Positions 1-7,998 of a stretch of DNA of 64,000 nt are shown here, in pieces. Location of the stretch: the NCBI RefSeq assembly GCF_039596395.1, contig NZ_JBCNJT010000001.1, forward strand, positions 715,315 to 779,314, given 5' to 3'. Numbering within the stretch: the stretch's first letter is position 1; each line of letters opens with the position of its first letter. The notes below the pieces were generated by a model. It did not search any database and was not told where the DNA came from. It saw only the letters and a program-made list of their open reading frames with translations. This DNA is from Fluviicola sp. GTDB taxonomy: Bacteria > Bacteroidota > Bacteroidia > Flavobacteriales_D > Crocinitomicaceae. Both the position numbers and the translations under genes were made by a program.

Positions 1-550
1 TAACAGTCATAAACTTTCCTTTCACCAAGGCATTCATTAAAAGCTGTGTAGCGAAAACTTTTGCTTCGCGGTTGTTCAAAGAAACTTCATACGTGTCGAA
101 TGTTACGCCGCTAACCGTTAGTTTCCCGGGTATGGTATCCGTATACATGTTGCGTTCCAGGTAGTTGGTGTAAATCCTGACGTGATTCGCAGCAATAATG
201 CGTTTGTATGCAGCTTCATCTCCTGAAAACGCTTCCCAGCTGGATTGGAAATTGTTGTCGAAATTCTTTTGGAAAGCCAGTGTTCGTTTAATTCCCGACA
301 TGTTTGAAGTGGTGTCGTTCACCGACTCTTTACTTCGCTCGTCCAGGGATTCCAAACTGGATTTAGTGGTAATGATCCAATTATCCGGGAATTCCATCGT
401 CCAGCCCAATGCCTGGCTCGTGTATTTATTTCCGTCGAAAGTACCTTCGTCTACTTCTTTCGAATAATCTTTTTTTGCCGGGCTTCCGCAAGCGCCTACT
501 ACAAAAAGTGCTATGGACAAAGCGGGAATAATTGCGTGTTTTAGATTCAT
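1..550 (-). CDS. Hypothetical lipoprotein, partial (runs off window edge)
   Basis: Manually translated from ATG at 550: MNLKHAIIPALSIALFVVGACGSPAKKDYSKEVDEGTF...; lipobox-like VVGAC; open to position 2; not in ORF track because there is no stop. Confidence 0.85.
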   Translation of the reverse strand, partial: MNLKHAIIPALSIALFVVGACGSPAKKDYSKEVDEGTFDGNKYTSQALGWTMEFPDNWIITTKSSLESLDERSKESVNDTTSNMSGIKRTLAFQKNFDNNFQSSWEAFSGDEAAYKRIIAANHVRIYTNYLERNMYTDTIPGKLTVSGVTFDTYEVSLNNREAKVFATQLLMNALVKGKFMTV

Positions 551-571
551 TTTATCGGATTTTGGTTCATA

Positions 572-1963
572 CTAAATAACTACTATTTTTCGAATAATCT
601 CTTGCGACCTTCCGGCATCATCATACAGGTGAATTCTCATTTGGTAAGTTCCTGCAGAAAAATTCACCGGAACTTCCGCGTAATTGAAATGTTCGCTGGT
701 GCCGCCTGAGACTTGTTTGCCGTTCAAATCGTATATGCTCCATTCGGTTTTTACGGTTTCAATGGGAATGGTCATGAAAATGGATTCGGAACTGGAAACC
801 GGGTTGGGAAACAAGTCCGTTTCATTGTTCAGAGGAAAGGATTTGAGCATTTTCTCCCGGTCGAAGTGCAACAGGAACAAACCGTATTGCCTGTCGGAAA
901 CCAACAATCTTTCGGAGGGAAGATCGGCAAAAATTCCCCAGTTCCCGTTCATTTTGTAGGGATTGTCATCCGGATAGGTGTCGTAATGGGCTACTTCCAG
1001 CGGAACAGTATAGCGCAGGTCAAAAACTCGGATTCCTTCGTTGTAATAAGCCACAAAAGCGAACTCATTGGTCGCCTTGATATTGTGCGGAACAGATCCG
1101 TTCTCGTAATTCGTCCCGAAATAATTGTTGATCGTCACTAAAGAACCGTTGAAACTGCAGTTTTTCACGCGCTTTCCATTTGTTTCATCCGCGAAAAGAT
1201 AACGTGTTCCGTCGGGAGTGAGCCAGCCTTGATGATTGTATCCCTGGTCGGTGTAAATGTTTTTCGAATCCAGGTATAAAGGAGCATTGGTGTTCGTGAA
1301 ATTGTAAACTCTCAGCCCGTCGTACCCGCAATTCATCAGTGCGACTCCGTTTCTGACGTAAATATCATGCACTTCAAGCACATCTCCCGGACCACTCCAA
1401 AGTTCCTGTAAGTTCAACGGATCGGTCAATGAAAAGATTTTCAGTGGAGCGTCGATCGCCTGAGTGTTGACGGTGCTTCGGTGAATGCAGGAATAGAATT
1501 TTTCCTGGACCGTATCGATGAAAATATTGTGGACGCGCCCGAATTGTACGGTGTCTTCCTTGGCCAGATGAATGGAATCGGGAAGGTATTGGAGATCGAT
1601 GATTTGCAGACTGCTCACACCTTCGTCGCAAACGGCATAGAGGTAGTTTTTGAATACGGCATATTCCCGGTGCTGGACAAAGGTACTGGAATAGCGTCCT
1701 TTGATAAATCCTTTAGGAATAAGCTGGTCCTGGTCGTTTACAAGGAAAACATGGGTTCCTTCCGTAGAGCCGATTACGGCATATTCACCGCCGTTTTGGG
1801 TAAAACCGAAGCAATCGGAATAACGGACTTTGGAAGAATTGGAGATCAGGCTGTCCTGGTGCCAGTGATCCAAAAGTGTCATGTTGTGAAATGATTGGGC
1901 AAATAATGCGTTAGTGTGACTGAGAAAAATCACGGAAAATGCTATTTGAAGGGTCCATTTCAT
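572..1963 (-). CDS. Choice-of-anchor B / LVIVD-repeat protein with T9SS type-A CTD
   Basis: Signal peptide; HNIFID, HDIYV, YNHQGWLT, VPHN repeats; LFPNP...IYDLNGKQV...GTYQMRI CTD. Confidence 0.85.
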   Translation of the reverse strand: MKWTLQIAFSVIFLSHTNALFAQSFHNMTLLDHWHQDSLISNSSKVRYSDCFGFTQNGGEYAVIGSTEGTHVFLVNDQDQLIPKGFIKGRYSSTFVQHREYAVFKNYLYAVCDEGVSSLQIIDLQYLPDSIHLAKEDTVQFGRVHNIFIDTVQEKFYSCIHRSTVNTQAIDAPLKIFSLTDPLNLQELWSGPGDVLEVHDIYVRNGVALMNCGYDGLRVYNFTNTNAPLYLDSKNIYTDQGYNHQGWLTPDGTRYLFADETNGKRVKNCSFNGSLVTINNYFGTNYENGSVPHNIKATNEFAFVAYYNEGIRVFDLRYTVPLEVAHYDTYPDDNPYKMNGNWGIFADLPSERLLVSDRQYGLFLLHFDREKMLKSFPLNNETDLFPNPVSSSESIFMTIPIETVKTEWSIYDLNGKQVSGGTSEHFNYAEVPVNFSAGTYQMRIHLYDDAGRSQEIIRKIVVI

Positions 1964-2061
1964 CTATTCCAAAGATAGTGAATAATCAAAGTCGGCTTTC
2001 CCATTTCTCTTAAATGTATCGAATAGGTTGTGAAATGTAAAAGTTATTTAGTCAGCTTCTG

Positions 2062-2096
2062 ATTCGGAATTCGCAATTCGGCATCCGCAATTCTAA
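2062..2096. repeat. Degenerate heptamer tandem repeat x5
   Basis: ATTCGGA ATTCGCA ATTCGGC ATCCGCA ATTCTAA in a divergent intergenic region. Confidence 0.75.
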
Positions 2097-2171
2097 ATTA
2101 TGTTAGAAACTGCATAAATGCATTGAAGGAAGCGGAATTTGACTATTTTTATCACCTGAAATTAAACCCAC

Positions 2172-2885
2172 GTGACGCGAGCAGTTGTAATTATCCCAAC
2201 ATATAATGAAAAAGAGAATGTTGAGCGCATGGCTCAGGCGGTAATGAGTTTGCCTGTTGCTATCGATATTCTATTTGTAGATGATAATTCACCCGATGGA
2301 ACAGCTGCTATTATCCGCGACTTGATGGGGCAATTCCCGAACCGTATTTTCCTGGAAGAAAGACAAGGGAAACTGGGGCTTGGAACGGCTTATATTCACG
2401 GGTTTAAATGGTCATTGAACCAGAATTACGAGTACATTTTTGAAATGGACTGCGACTTTTCACACAATCCGCTGGATTTACCGAGATTACTGGAAGCCTG
2501 CACCCAAAAAGGAGCGGATGTAAGTATCGGTTCACGTTATACGAAAGGTGGAAAAGTCCAGAACTGGCCTATGGGCCGCATCCTGATGTCGTATTTTGCT
2601 TCAGTGTATGTTCGAATGATCCTGTTTATAGGGATTTCAGATACCACTGCCGGTTTCATGTGCTATTCGAGTAAAGTGCTCAGAGCAATTGACCTGGACA
2701 ACATCCATTTCAAGGGATATGCCTTCCAGATCGAAATGAAATACGCGGCAAAGCGAAAAGGATTTAAAATTATCGAAGTTCCGATCACATTCATAGATCG
2801 ACAGTTCGGAGAATCCAAAATGTCTTCAAGTATCTTCAAGGAGGCTTTCTTTGGAGTTTGGAAAATGAGAAATTTAAAGGTGTAA
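2172..2885 (+). CDS. Polyprenol monophosphomannose synthase (Dpm1-like GT2)
   Basis: IIPTYNE, VDDNSPDGT, MDCDFSHNP, DTTAGF, GYAFQIEMK, FIDRQFGESKMS; GTG start. Confidence 0.92.
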   Translation: MTRAVVIIPTYNEKENVERMAQAVMSLPVAIDILFVDDNSPDGTAAIIRDLMGQFPNRIFLEERQGKLGLGTAYIHGFKWSLNQNYEYIFEMDCDFSHNPLDLPRLLEACTQKGADVSIGSRYTKGGKVQNWPMGRILMSYFASVYVRMILFIGISDTTAGFMCYSSKVLRAIDLDNIHFKGYAFQIEMKYAAKRKGFKIIEVPITFIDRQFGESKMSSSIFKEAFFGVWKMRNLKV

Positions 2886-4222
2886 TGGCAAAGATTTTAC
2901 TGAAAGGCGCAACGCTTGTAAACGAAGGAAAAGAATTTGTTGCAGATGTTTTAATTGATGGAAAGCGTATTTCTAAAATCGCATCTTCAATTGCTGCTGA
3001 CGGATCTGTGCAGGAAATCAATTGTGAAGGATTACACCTGCTTCCGGGTTGTATCGATGACCAGGTTCATTTCAGAGAACCGGGATTGACACACAAAGCC
3101 AATATCCAATCGGAATCCAGGGCTGCAGTAGCAGGAGGGATCACTTCTTTCATGGAAATGCCGAACACGGTTCCGAATACACTTACACAGGAATTACTGG
3201 AAGCAAAATACCAGCGTGCAGGGGAAGTTTCTCCCGCAAATTATTCCTTCTTCATGGGAGCTTCGAATGACAACTACGAAGAAGTAATGAAAACGAACAT
3301 CCGGAATGTTTGCGGTGTCAAAATCTTCATGGGGTCTTCTACCGGAAATATGCTGGTAGATAACACCAGTACGTTGGAACACTTATTCGCAAATGTGCCG
3401 ATGTTGATTGCCACACACTGCGAAGACGAGGCGACAATCAGAAAGAACCTGGAAGCATACAAAGAGAAATACGGAGAGGATATCCCGATGTCTGCCCATC
3501 CGTTGATCAGGAGTGCAGAGGCTTGTTATTTGTCGTCTTCCAAAGCGATAGAACTGGCTAAAAAGAACAATACGAGATTACACATTCTTCATATTTCTAC
3601 CGGAATTGAAACGGAATTGTTCCGGAACGATATTCCACTGGAGCAGAAACGCATTACAGCCGAAGCTTGTGTGCATCATTTGTGGTTCTCAGATGCTGAT
3701 TACGATCAGAAAGGTGCATGGATCAAATGGAATCCGGCGGTGAAAACAGCTGCAGACAGGGATCAGATCTGGCAGGCACTTTTGGATAACCGCATTGATG
3801 TGATCGCTACAGATCACGCACCTCATACGATAGAAGAAAAAGAGCAGAAATACCTGCAGGCACCTTCAGGCGGGCCATTGGTCCAACATGCGTTGCTGGC
3901 AATGCTGGATGCTTCTGCTAACGGGAAAATTCCGTTGGTTCGCGTGGCTGAAAAAATGGCGCATGCTGTTGCCGTTTGTTTCCGGATCGAAGACCGCGGT
4001 TTCCTCCGTGAAGGTTATTTTGCGGATTTGGTACTGGTAGACCTGAATAAAAAATCCACGGTAACCAAAGAATCCATTTTGTACCAATGCGGGTGGTCCC
4101 CGTTTGAAGGGACTACTTTCTCTTCGACTATTGAAAAGACTTTTGTGAACGGGGAAATCGTTTATGAAAATGGCCGCTTAACTGAGAATAAGCCGGGAGA
4201 ACGTCTGTTATTCAACCGATGA
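2885..4222 (+). CDS. pyrC: Dihydroorotase
   Basis: DDQVHFREPG, EMPNT, KIFMGSSTG, HCEDE, KWNP, ATDHAPH; start reassigned to ATG 2885 (TAATG overlap with upstream stop). Confidence 0.92.
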   Translation: MAKILLKGATLVNEGKEFVADVLIDGKRISKIASSIAADGSVQEINCEGLHLLPGCIDDQVHFREPGLTHKANIQSESRAAVAGGITSFMEMPNTVPNTLTQELLEAKYQRAGEVSPANYSFFMGASNDNYEEVMKTNIRNVCGVKIFMGSSTGNMLVDNTSTLEHLFANVPMLIATHCEDEATIRKNLEAYKEKYGEDIPMSAHPLIRSAEACYLSSSKAIELAKKNNTRLHILHISTGIETELFRNDIPLEQKRITAEACVHHLWFSDADYDQKGAWIKWNPAVKTAADRDQIWQALLDNRIDVIATDHAPHTIEEKEQKYLQAPSGGPLVQHALLAMLDASANGKIPLVRVAEKMAHAVAVCFRIEDRGFLREGYFADLVLVDLNKKSTVTKESILYQCGWSPFEGTTFSSTIEKTFVNGEIVYENGRLTENKPGERLLFNR

Positions 4223-4569
4223 AAAAAGTCATTGCCATCCTGCTTTTGGTTGTCCTGCAATCCTGTAACAGCGAGTTGCACGGGTTGAAAAAACCGGATA
4301 ATTTGATCCCAAAAGATCAAATGGTTGAACTCATGACCAACATGCTGATCCTTGAAGGGCATATTCAAACAACCTATTCAACGGTGAACCGCTATTACAA
4401 AGTAATGACAGCTTCGGGGCGACATTATTTAAAGAGTAAGCACGTTACTGAAAAGCAATACGAAGATTCGTTTGTTTACTATAGCAGTACGCACGAAGAT
4501 TTCAAGCAAATGCTGGATAAAGTGATGGAGAACCTGCAAAAGGAATCAATCGAACTGCAAAAGAAATAA
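4219..4569 (+). CDS. DUF4296-family lipoprotein
   Basis: LQSC lipobox, KPDNLIPKDQMVELM, SFVYYS; ATGA overlap with pyrC. Confidence 0.8.
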   Translation: MKKVIAILLLVVLQSCNSELHGLKKPDNLIPKDQMVELMTNMLILEGHIQTTYSTVNRYYKVMTASGRHYLKSKHVTEKQYEDSFVYYSSTHEDFKQMLDKVMENLQKESIELQKK

Positions 4570-4572
4570 GCC

Positions 4573-5283
4573 TTAGCGGCATTCGATTTGGATGGATGTC
4601 ATCAGTTTTCTGAATTCCTTGTTGTACTGATCTTCATTGAACCAGTTTTTCTGGTTTTCCAGGACACAGTTCCACCAACCGTATCTCAATACTTCAATTC
4701 TTGCCCAAAATTCTTTGTTCGGAGCATTCCAGTGCTGTTCGAATGCTTTATTTATTGGGTTGGGATCAAGTGCTCCTTCGACCTCCTTTTCATGAATTTC
4801 TTTCCAGGCATTCAATAAGGTATTGCCACCTTTTTCCAAAGCAGTGATGTAGTGGGAACATTCTTTACAGTAAGGTGTCCCTTTCAATGCTTTGGGTTGG
4901 TTTAATGCGATAACCGCTTTTTCGCGCAGCAGGCATTGTTCCCTGATATTGTCCAGCCTCATTTTTTTGAGATTGGTCCAGTATTCGCCTTTCGGGTATT
5001 CCATTTGCTCAAGTTCGGTAACGAATCCGGAACATTCCGACCGGATGTTTTTGACATTAAAATAAGCAGTGTCTTTCGGTTGGTAAGCCAAAAAAGGCTG
5101 ACTCAATTCGGATGCCTGAATCAACGTGAAATGCACGTTTTGCACTTGTTCGTAATTCGCTTTTGCAGGATCAATTTGCGCTTTGGATATGCAATAACCT
5201 TCCTGCCATTCGAAAACTTCCTGAGCACATAGCAAAGAGGAAAATGAAAGCAGAAGGCCAACGGATAGTATGAAGTTTTTCAT
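4573..5283 (-). CDS. Hypothetical secreted protein
   Basis: Signal peptide [21 protein letters not shown]; Cys/Trp-rich; overlaps ruvC stop. Confidence 0.75.
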   Translation of the reverse strand: MKNFILSVGLLLSFSSLLCAQEVFEWQEGYCISKAQIDPAKANYEQVQNVHFTLIQASELSQPFLAYQPKDTAYFNVKNIRSECSGFVTELEQMEYPKGEYWTNLKKMRLDNIREQCLLREKAVIALNQPKALKGTPYCKECSHYITALEKGGNTLLNAWKEIHEKEVEGALDPNPINKAFEQHWNAPNKEFWARIEVLRYGWWNCVLENQKNWFNEDQYNKEFRKLMTSIQIECR

Positions 5284-5837
5284 CTGATTTTACGTTCCGG
5301 GTTTTTACTGAGAAAACTGCTCCAGCCTCCGCCTTTGCTTTTGTTGTTCTCACCGATTCCTTTGGAGAAATGATGACAAACTGCCGCTGCAAGCCCATCC
5401 GTTGCATCCAGGTATTTGGGAAGTTCTTCAAAACGAAGCAATGTTTGCAGCATGGCGGCAACTTGTTCTTTGGAAGCGTTTCCGTTTCCTGTAATTGCTT
5501 GTTTGATGCGTTTCGGAGTGTATTCTTCGTAGGGAATATTTCTTCGCAGGGAAGCTGCAATGGCAACACCCTGTGCTCTTCCCAGTTTCAGCATGGATTG
5601 GACATTCTTTCCAAAGAAAGGGGCTTCAATAGCCATTTCATCCGGTTTGTACTCTTCCATAAGCCCGTCAATGCGATCAAAAATGCGTTTTAGCTTATCC
5701 GGTTGATTGTCGAGTTTGTTCAACTGGATAATTCCGAAGTTGAGCATTTCAATTTTCGTGCCTTTAATATGGATTAATCCATATCCTAATACAGTTGTTC
5801 CGGGGTCAATCCCTAAAATTATTTTATCTTCGGCCAT
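5280..5837 (-). CDS. ruvC: Holliday junction resolvase RuvC
   Basis: [53 protein letters not shown]; start reassigned to MAEDK (5837). Confidence 0.96.
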   Translation of the reverse strand: MAEDKIILGIDPGTTVLGYGLIHIKGTKIEMLNFGIIQLNKLDNQPDKLKRIFDRIDGLMEEYKPDEMAIEAPFFGKNVQSMLKLGRAQGVAIAASLRRNIPYEEYTPKRIKQAITGNGNASKEQVAAMLQTLLRFEELPKYLDATDGLAAAVCHHFSKGIGENNKSKGGGWSSFLSKNPERKIR

Positions 5838-5883
5838 GCAAATGAAACAGGAGGTTAAAGCTACTAAAAAACGGGCTGGTTTA

Positions 5884-6759
5884 ATGACATTGTTCAAATT
5901 ATTGGTGTTTGTGGCCGTAATTTGGACTCTATATTTCCAGTTGAAAAATGTGGATTGGGAGCATGCCAAAGGATTGGATATCAAAAACTGGTGGGCGCTT
6001 GTACTGGCTTTTGTATTGCTGGTTCCCAATTTGTGGATGGAATTCCTGAAATGGAAAGTGATTACCAACTCCTTACAGGTAGAAGAAAAATTGGTCCGAA
6101 ATGCCTTTTGGGCAGGAGTTGCTTCCGGTTTTATGTCGCCCAACGGATGGGGAAATTTCCTCGGAAGACTGATTTACTTCCAAAAACGCCAAACGATTTA
6201 CATCATCTTTTCCACGGCACTTGCCAATTTGAGCCAGCTCATTCCCACTTTGCTTTTCGGTTTGTTCGCGGTATTGCTGAAATACGGAAATTCCAATTCA
6301 CTTTGGATTACCACCGCATTGGGAGCTGTGTTTATCCTGCTGGTTTATTTCTTCGGGGATTATTTGCTTCCGAAAAAGAGAAGCCGGATTTCACTGATCA
6401 GAAGGCTGCAAAGTATCCGTGGGCGTTACCAAAACCTGAAATGGCCTTTCCTGGCTTTTTCAGCCATCCGTTTTTTGGTGTTCAGCCTGCAATATGCCCT
6501 TTTATTTGTGACTTTCGGTTACGAGGATTTTTGGTTTTTGATAACCCAGATTTGGTTGATTTACCTGTTCACTTCTTTTATTCCGTCTTTGTGGTCGGGA
6601 AAAGTATTGATCCGTGAAACAGCGGCTTTATTTGTATTTGCGGGAACGGCTGTTTCCGTCCCGGATGTCATTGTTTCCAGCATTATTATTTACCTGATAA
6701 ATATCGCTTTGCCGGCATTTATGAGTAGTTTTATCTGGTTACCGAAAAGAAAAAAATAA
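5884..6759 (+). CDS. Lysylphosphatidylglycerol-synthase-like (flippase-like) transmembrane protein
   Basis: Multiple TM segments, [31 protein letters not shown]; start could be 5842 or 5884. Confidence 0.75.
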   Translation: MTLFKLLVFVAVIWTLYFQLKNVDWEHAKGLDIKNWWALVLAFVLLVPNLWMEFLKWKVITNSLQVEEKLVRNAFWAGVASGFMSPNGWGNFLGRLIYFQKRQTIYIIFSTALANLSQLIPTLLFGLFAVLLKYGNSNSLWITTALGAVFILLVYFFGDYLLPKKRSRISLIRRLQSIRGRYQNLKWPFLAFSAIRFLVFSLQYALLFVTFGYEDFWFLITQIWLIYLFTSFIPSLWSGKVLIRETAALFVFAGTAVSVPDVIVSSIIIYLINIALPAFMSSFIWLPKRKK

Positions 6760-6762
6760 GTT

Positions 6763-7836
6763 ATGTGGTTGATTGGCTCCTGGGTACTTCTTTACATCCT
6801 TTCGATATTAACGCTCCTGTTCGGAGTGAATCGCCTGCGGATGAGCCGGAACTCCAAAAAAATGATGGCGATCGACGAAATTTCGGTGGTTATTCCATTC
6901 AGGAATGAAGCTGCGAACCTGGAAACTTTTCTGGAATGCATTTATGCGCAACGTTACCAGCCGGCGCAATGGATTTTTGTCAATGACCATTCTTCGGATT
7001 CCTATATCGACCTGTTTAAGGAAATGGATTCCTTCCCGATTCGCTTGCTGCATTTACCGGAAGAACAAAGAGGGAAGAAGCGCGCTATCCGCTTTGGTAT
7101 GGACCACGTGCGAACGGAATATTGTTTAACAATGGATGCAGATGTTTCCTTCGGAAAAGAGTACATGAAGTCGATGCTATTGCTCCCGGAAGCCGAATTG
7201 ATCATTCTGCCGGTGGAAATGACCGGAAAGAAGTGGTGGCAGTCTTTTTTTACGCTGGAATACCTGTTTACGACACTTTTGAATAAGGGAATTGCAGGAT
7301 GGGCAAGGCCTGTTAATTGCAGTGGTGCAAACCTGCTGATCCATGTTTCGAGCTTCGATCAGGTGGATGATATTGACGAGCACGATCATATTTTGAGCGG
7401 CGACGATATTTACACGCTGAGGGCTTTTCGTTCATCGGGGAAACGCATAGAGATTGTGGAAAATGAAGCATTGAAAGTAGAAACGGAAACTCCCGGAACG
7501 GTTTCTGAAGTGATGGAACAACGTGTTCGCTGGTTGGGAAAGACGAGCCATGTGGCGGATTCACTGAACAACTTTTTGGGAATTTGGGCAGTTGGGCTAC
7601 ATTTATACTATTTCCTCCTGCTGATCATCACTTTCTTTGCCGGAGTTTACTGGCTGACGTTCCTGATCATCGCCTTTAAATACGGAATGGATTTTATGCT
7701 GGTTAAAATGGACAAAAAGAAACCCGATTCCTTTGATTTGCTGGGCTTAGGCTTATTCGAACTATTCTATCCGGTTTATCTCTTTGCTTTATTGGCCTAC
7801 CTGATGGTTTCCCAACCGGAATGGAAAGGAAGGTAA
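6763..7836 (+). CDS. GT2 glycosyltransferase, membrane-anchored
   Basis: VIPFRNE, NDHSSD, GKKRAI, DAD, SGDD, EQRVRW; N- and C-terminal TM helices. Confidence 0.9.
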   Translation: MWLIGSWVLLYILSILTLLFGVNRLRMSRNSKKMMAIDEISVVIPFRNEAANLETFLECIYAQRYQPAQWIFVNDHSSDSYIDLFKEMDSFPIRLLHLPEEQRGKKRAIRFGMDHVRTEYCLTMDADVSFGKEYMKSMLLLPEAELIILPVEMTGKKWWQSFFTLEYLFTTLLNKGIAGWARPVNCSGANLLIHVSSFDQVDDIDEHDHILSGDDIYTLRAFRSSGKRIEIVENEALKVETETPGTVSEVMEQRVRWLGKTSHVADSLNNFLGIWAVGLHLYYFLLLIITFFAGVYWLTFLIIAFKYGMDFMLVKMDKKKPDSFDLLGLGLFELFYPVYLFALLAYLMVSQPEWKGR

Positions 7837-7898
7837 ATGCTGCCTTTTTAGGTCTTTTTAATAATTACCGGTTTTAATTCTACCTATTTTTAGGGCAA

Positions 7899-7985
7899 GT
7901 TTAATGTTCAAAGAGTTCAAGCGTTCAATGTCTCAATAGCGACCGGTATCAATTTTGAACTTTTTAAACCATTGACCTTTTGAAC
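7899..7985. repeat. Palindromic element made of GTTCAA(AA)-type tandem units
   Basis: Left arm GTTTAAT GTTCAAAGA GTTCAAGC GTTCAAT; right arm TTTTGAAC TTTTTAAAC CATTGACC TTTTGAAC. Confidence 0.75.
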
Positions 7986-7998
7986 GAAAACAAGAAAT

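Noticed and set aside
713-1894. Plus-strand ORFs 713..1141 and 1481..1894
   Set aside because: Antisense shadows of the choice-of-anchor B gene with no motifs. The same applies to most short ORFs in the track, e.g. 33581..34174, 43936..44796, 22855..23310 and those within 61829..63936.
5707-6143. Long N-terminal extensions of ruvC (to 6143) and the TM protein (from 5707)
   Set aside because: They overlap each other head-to-head; recognisable sequence begins at MAEDK (5837) and about 5842-5884.
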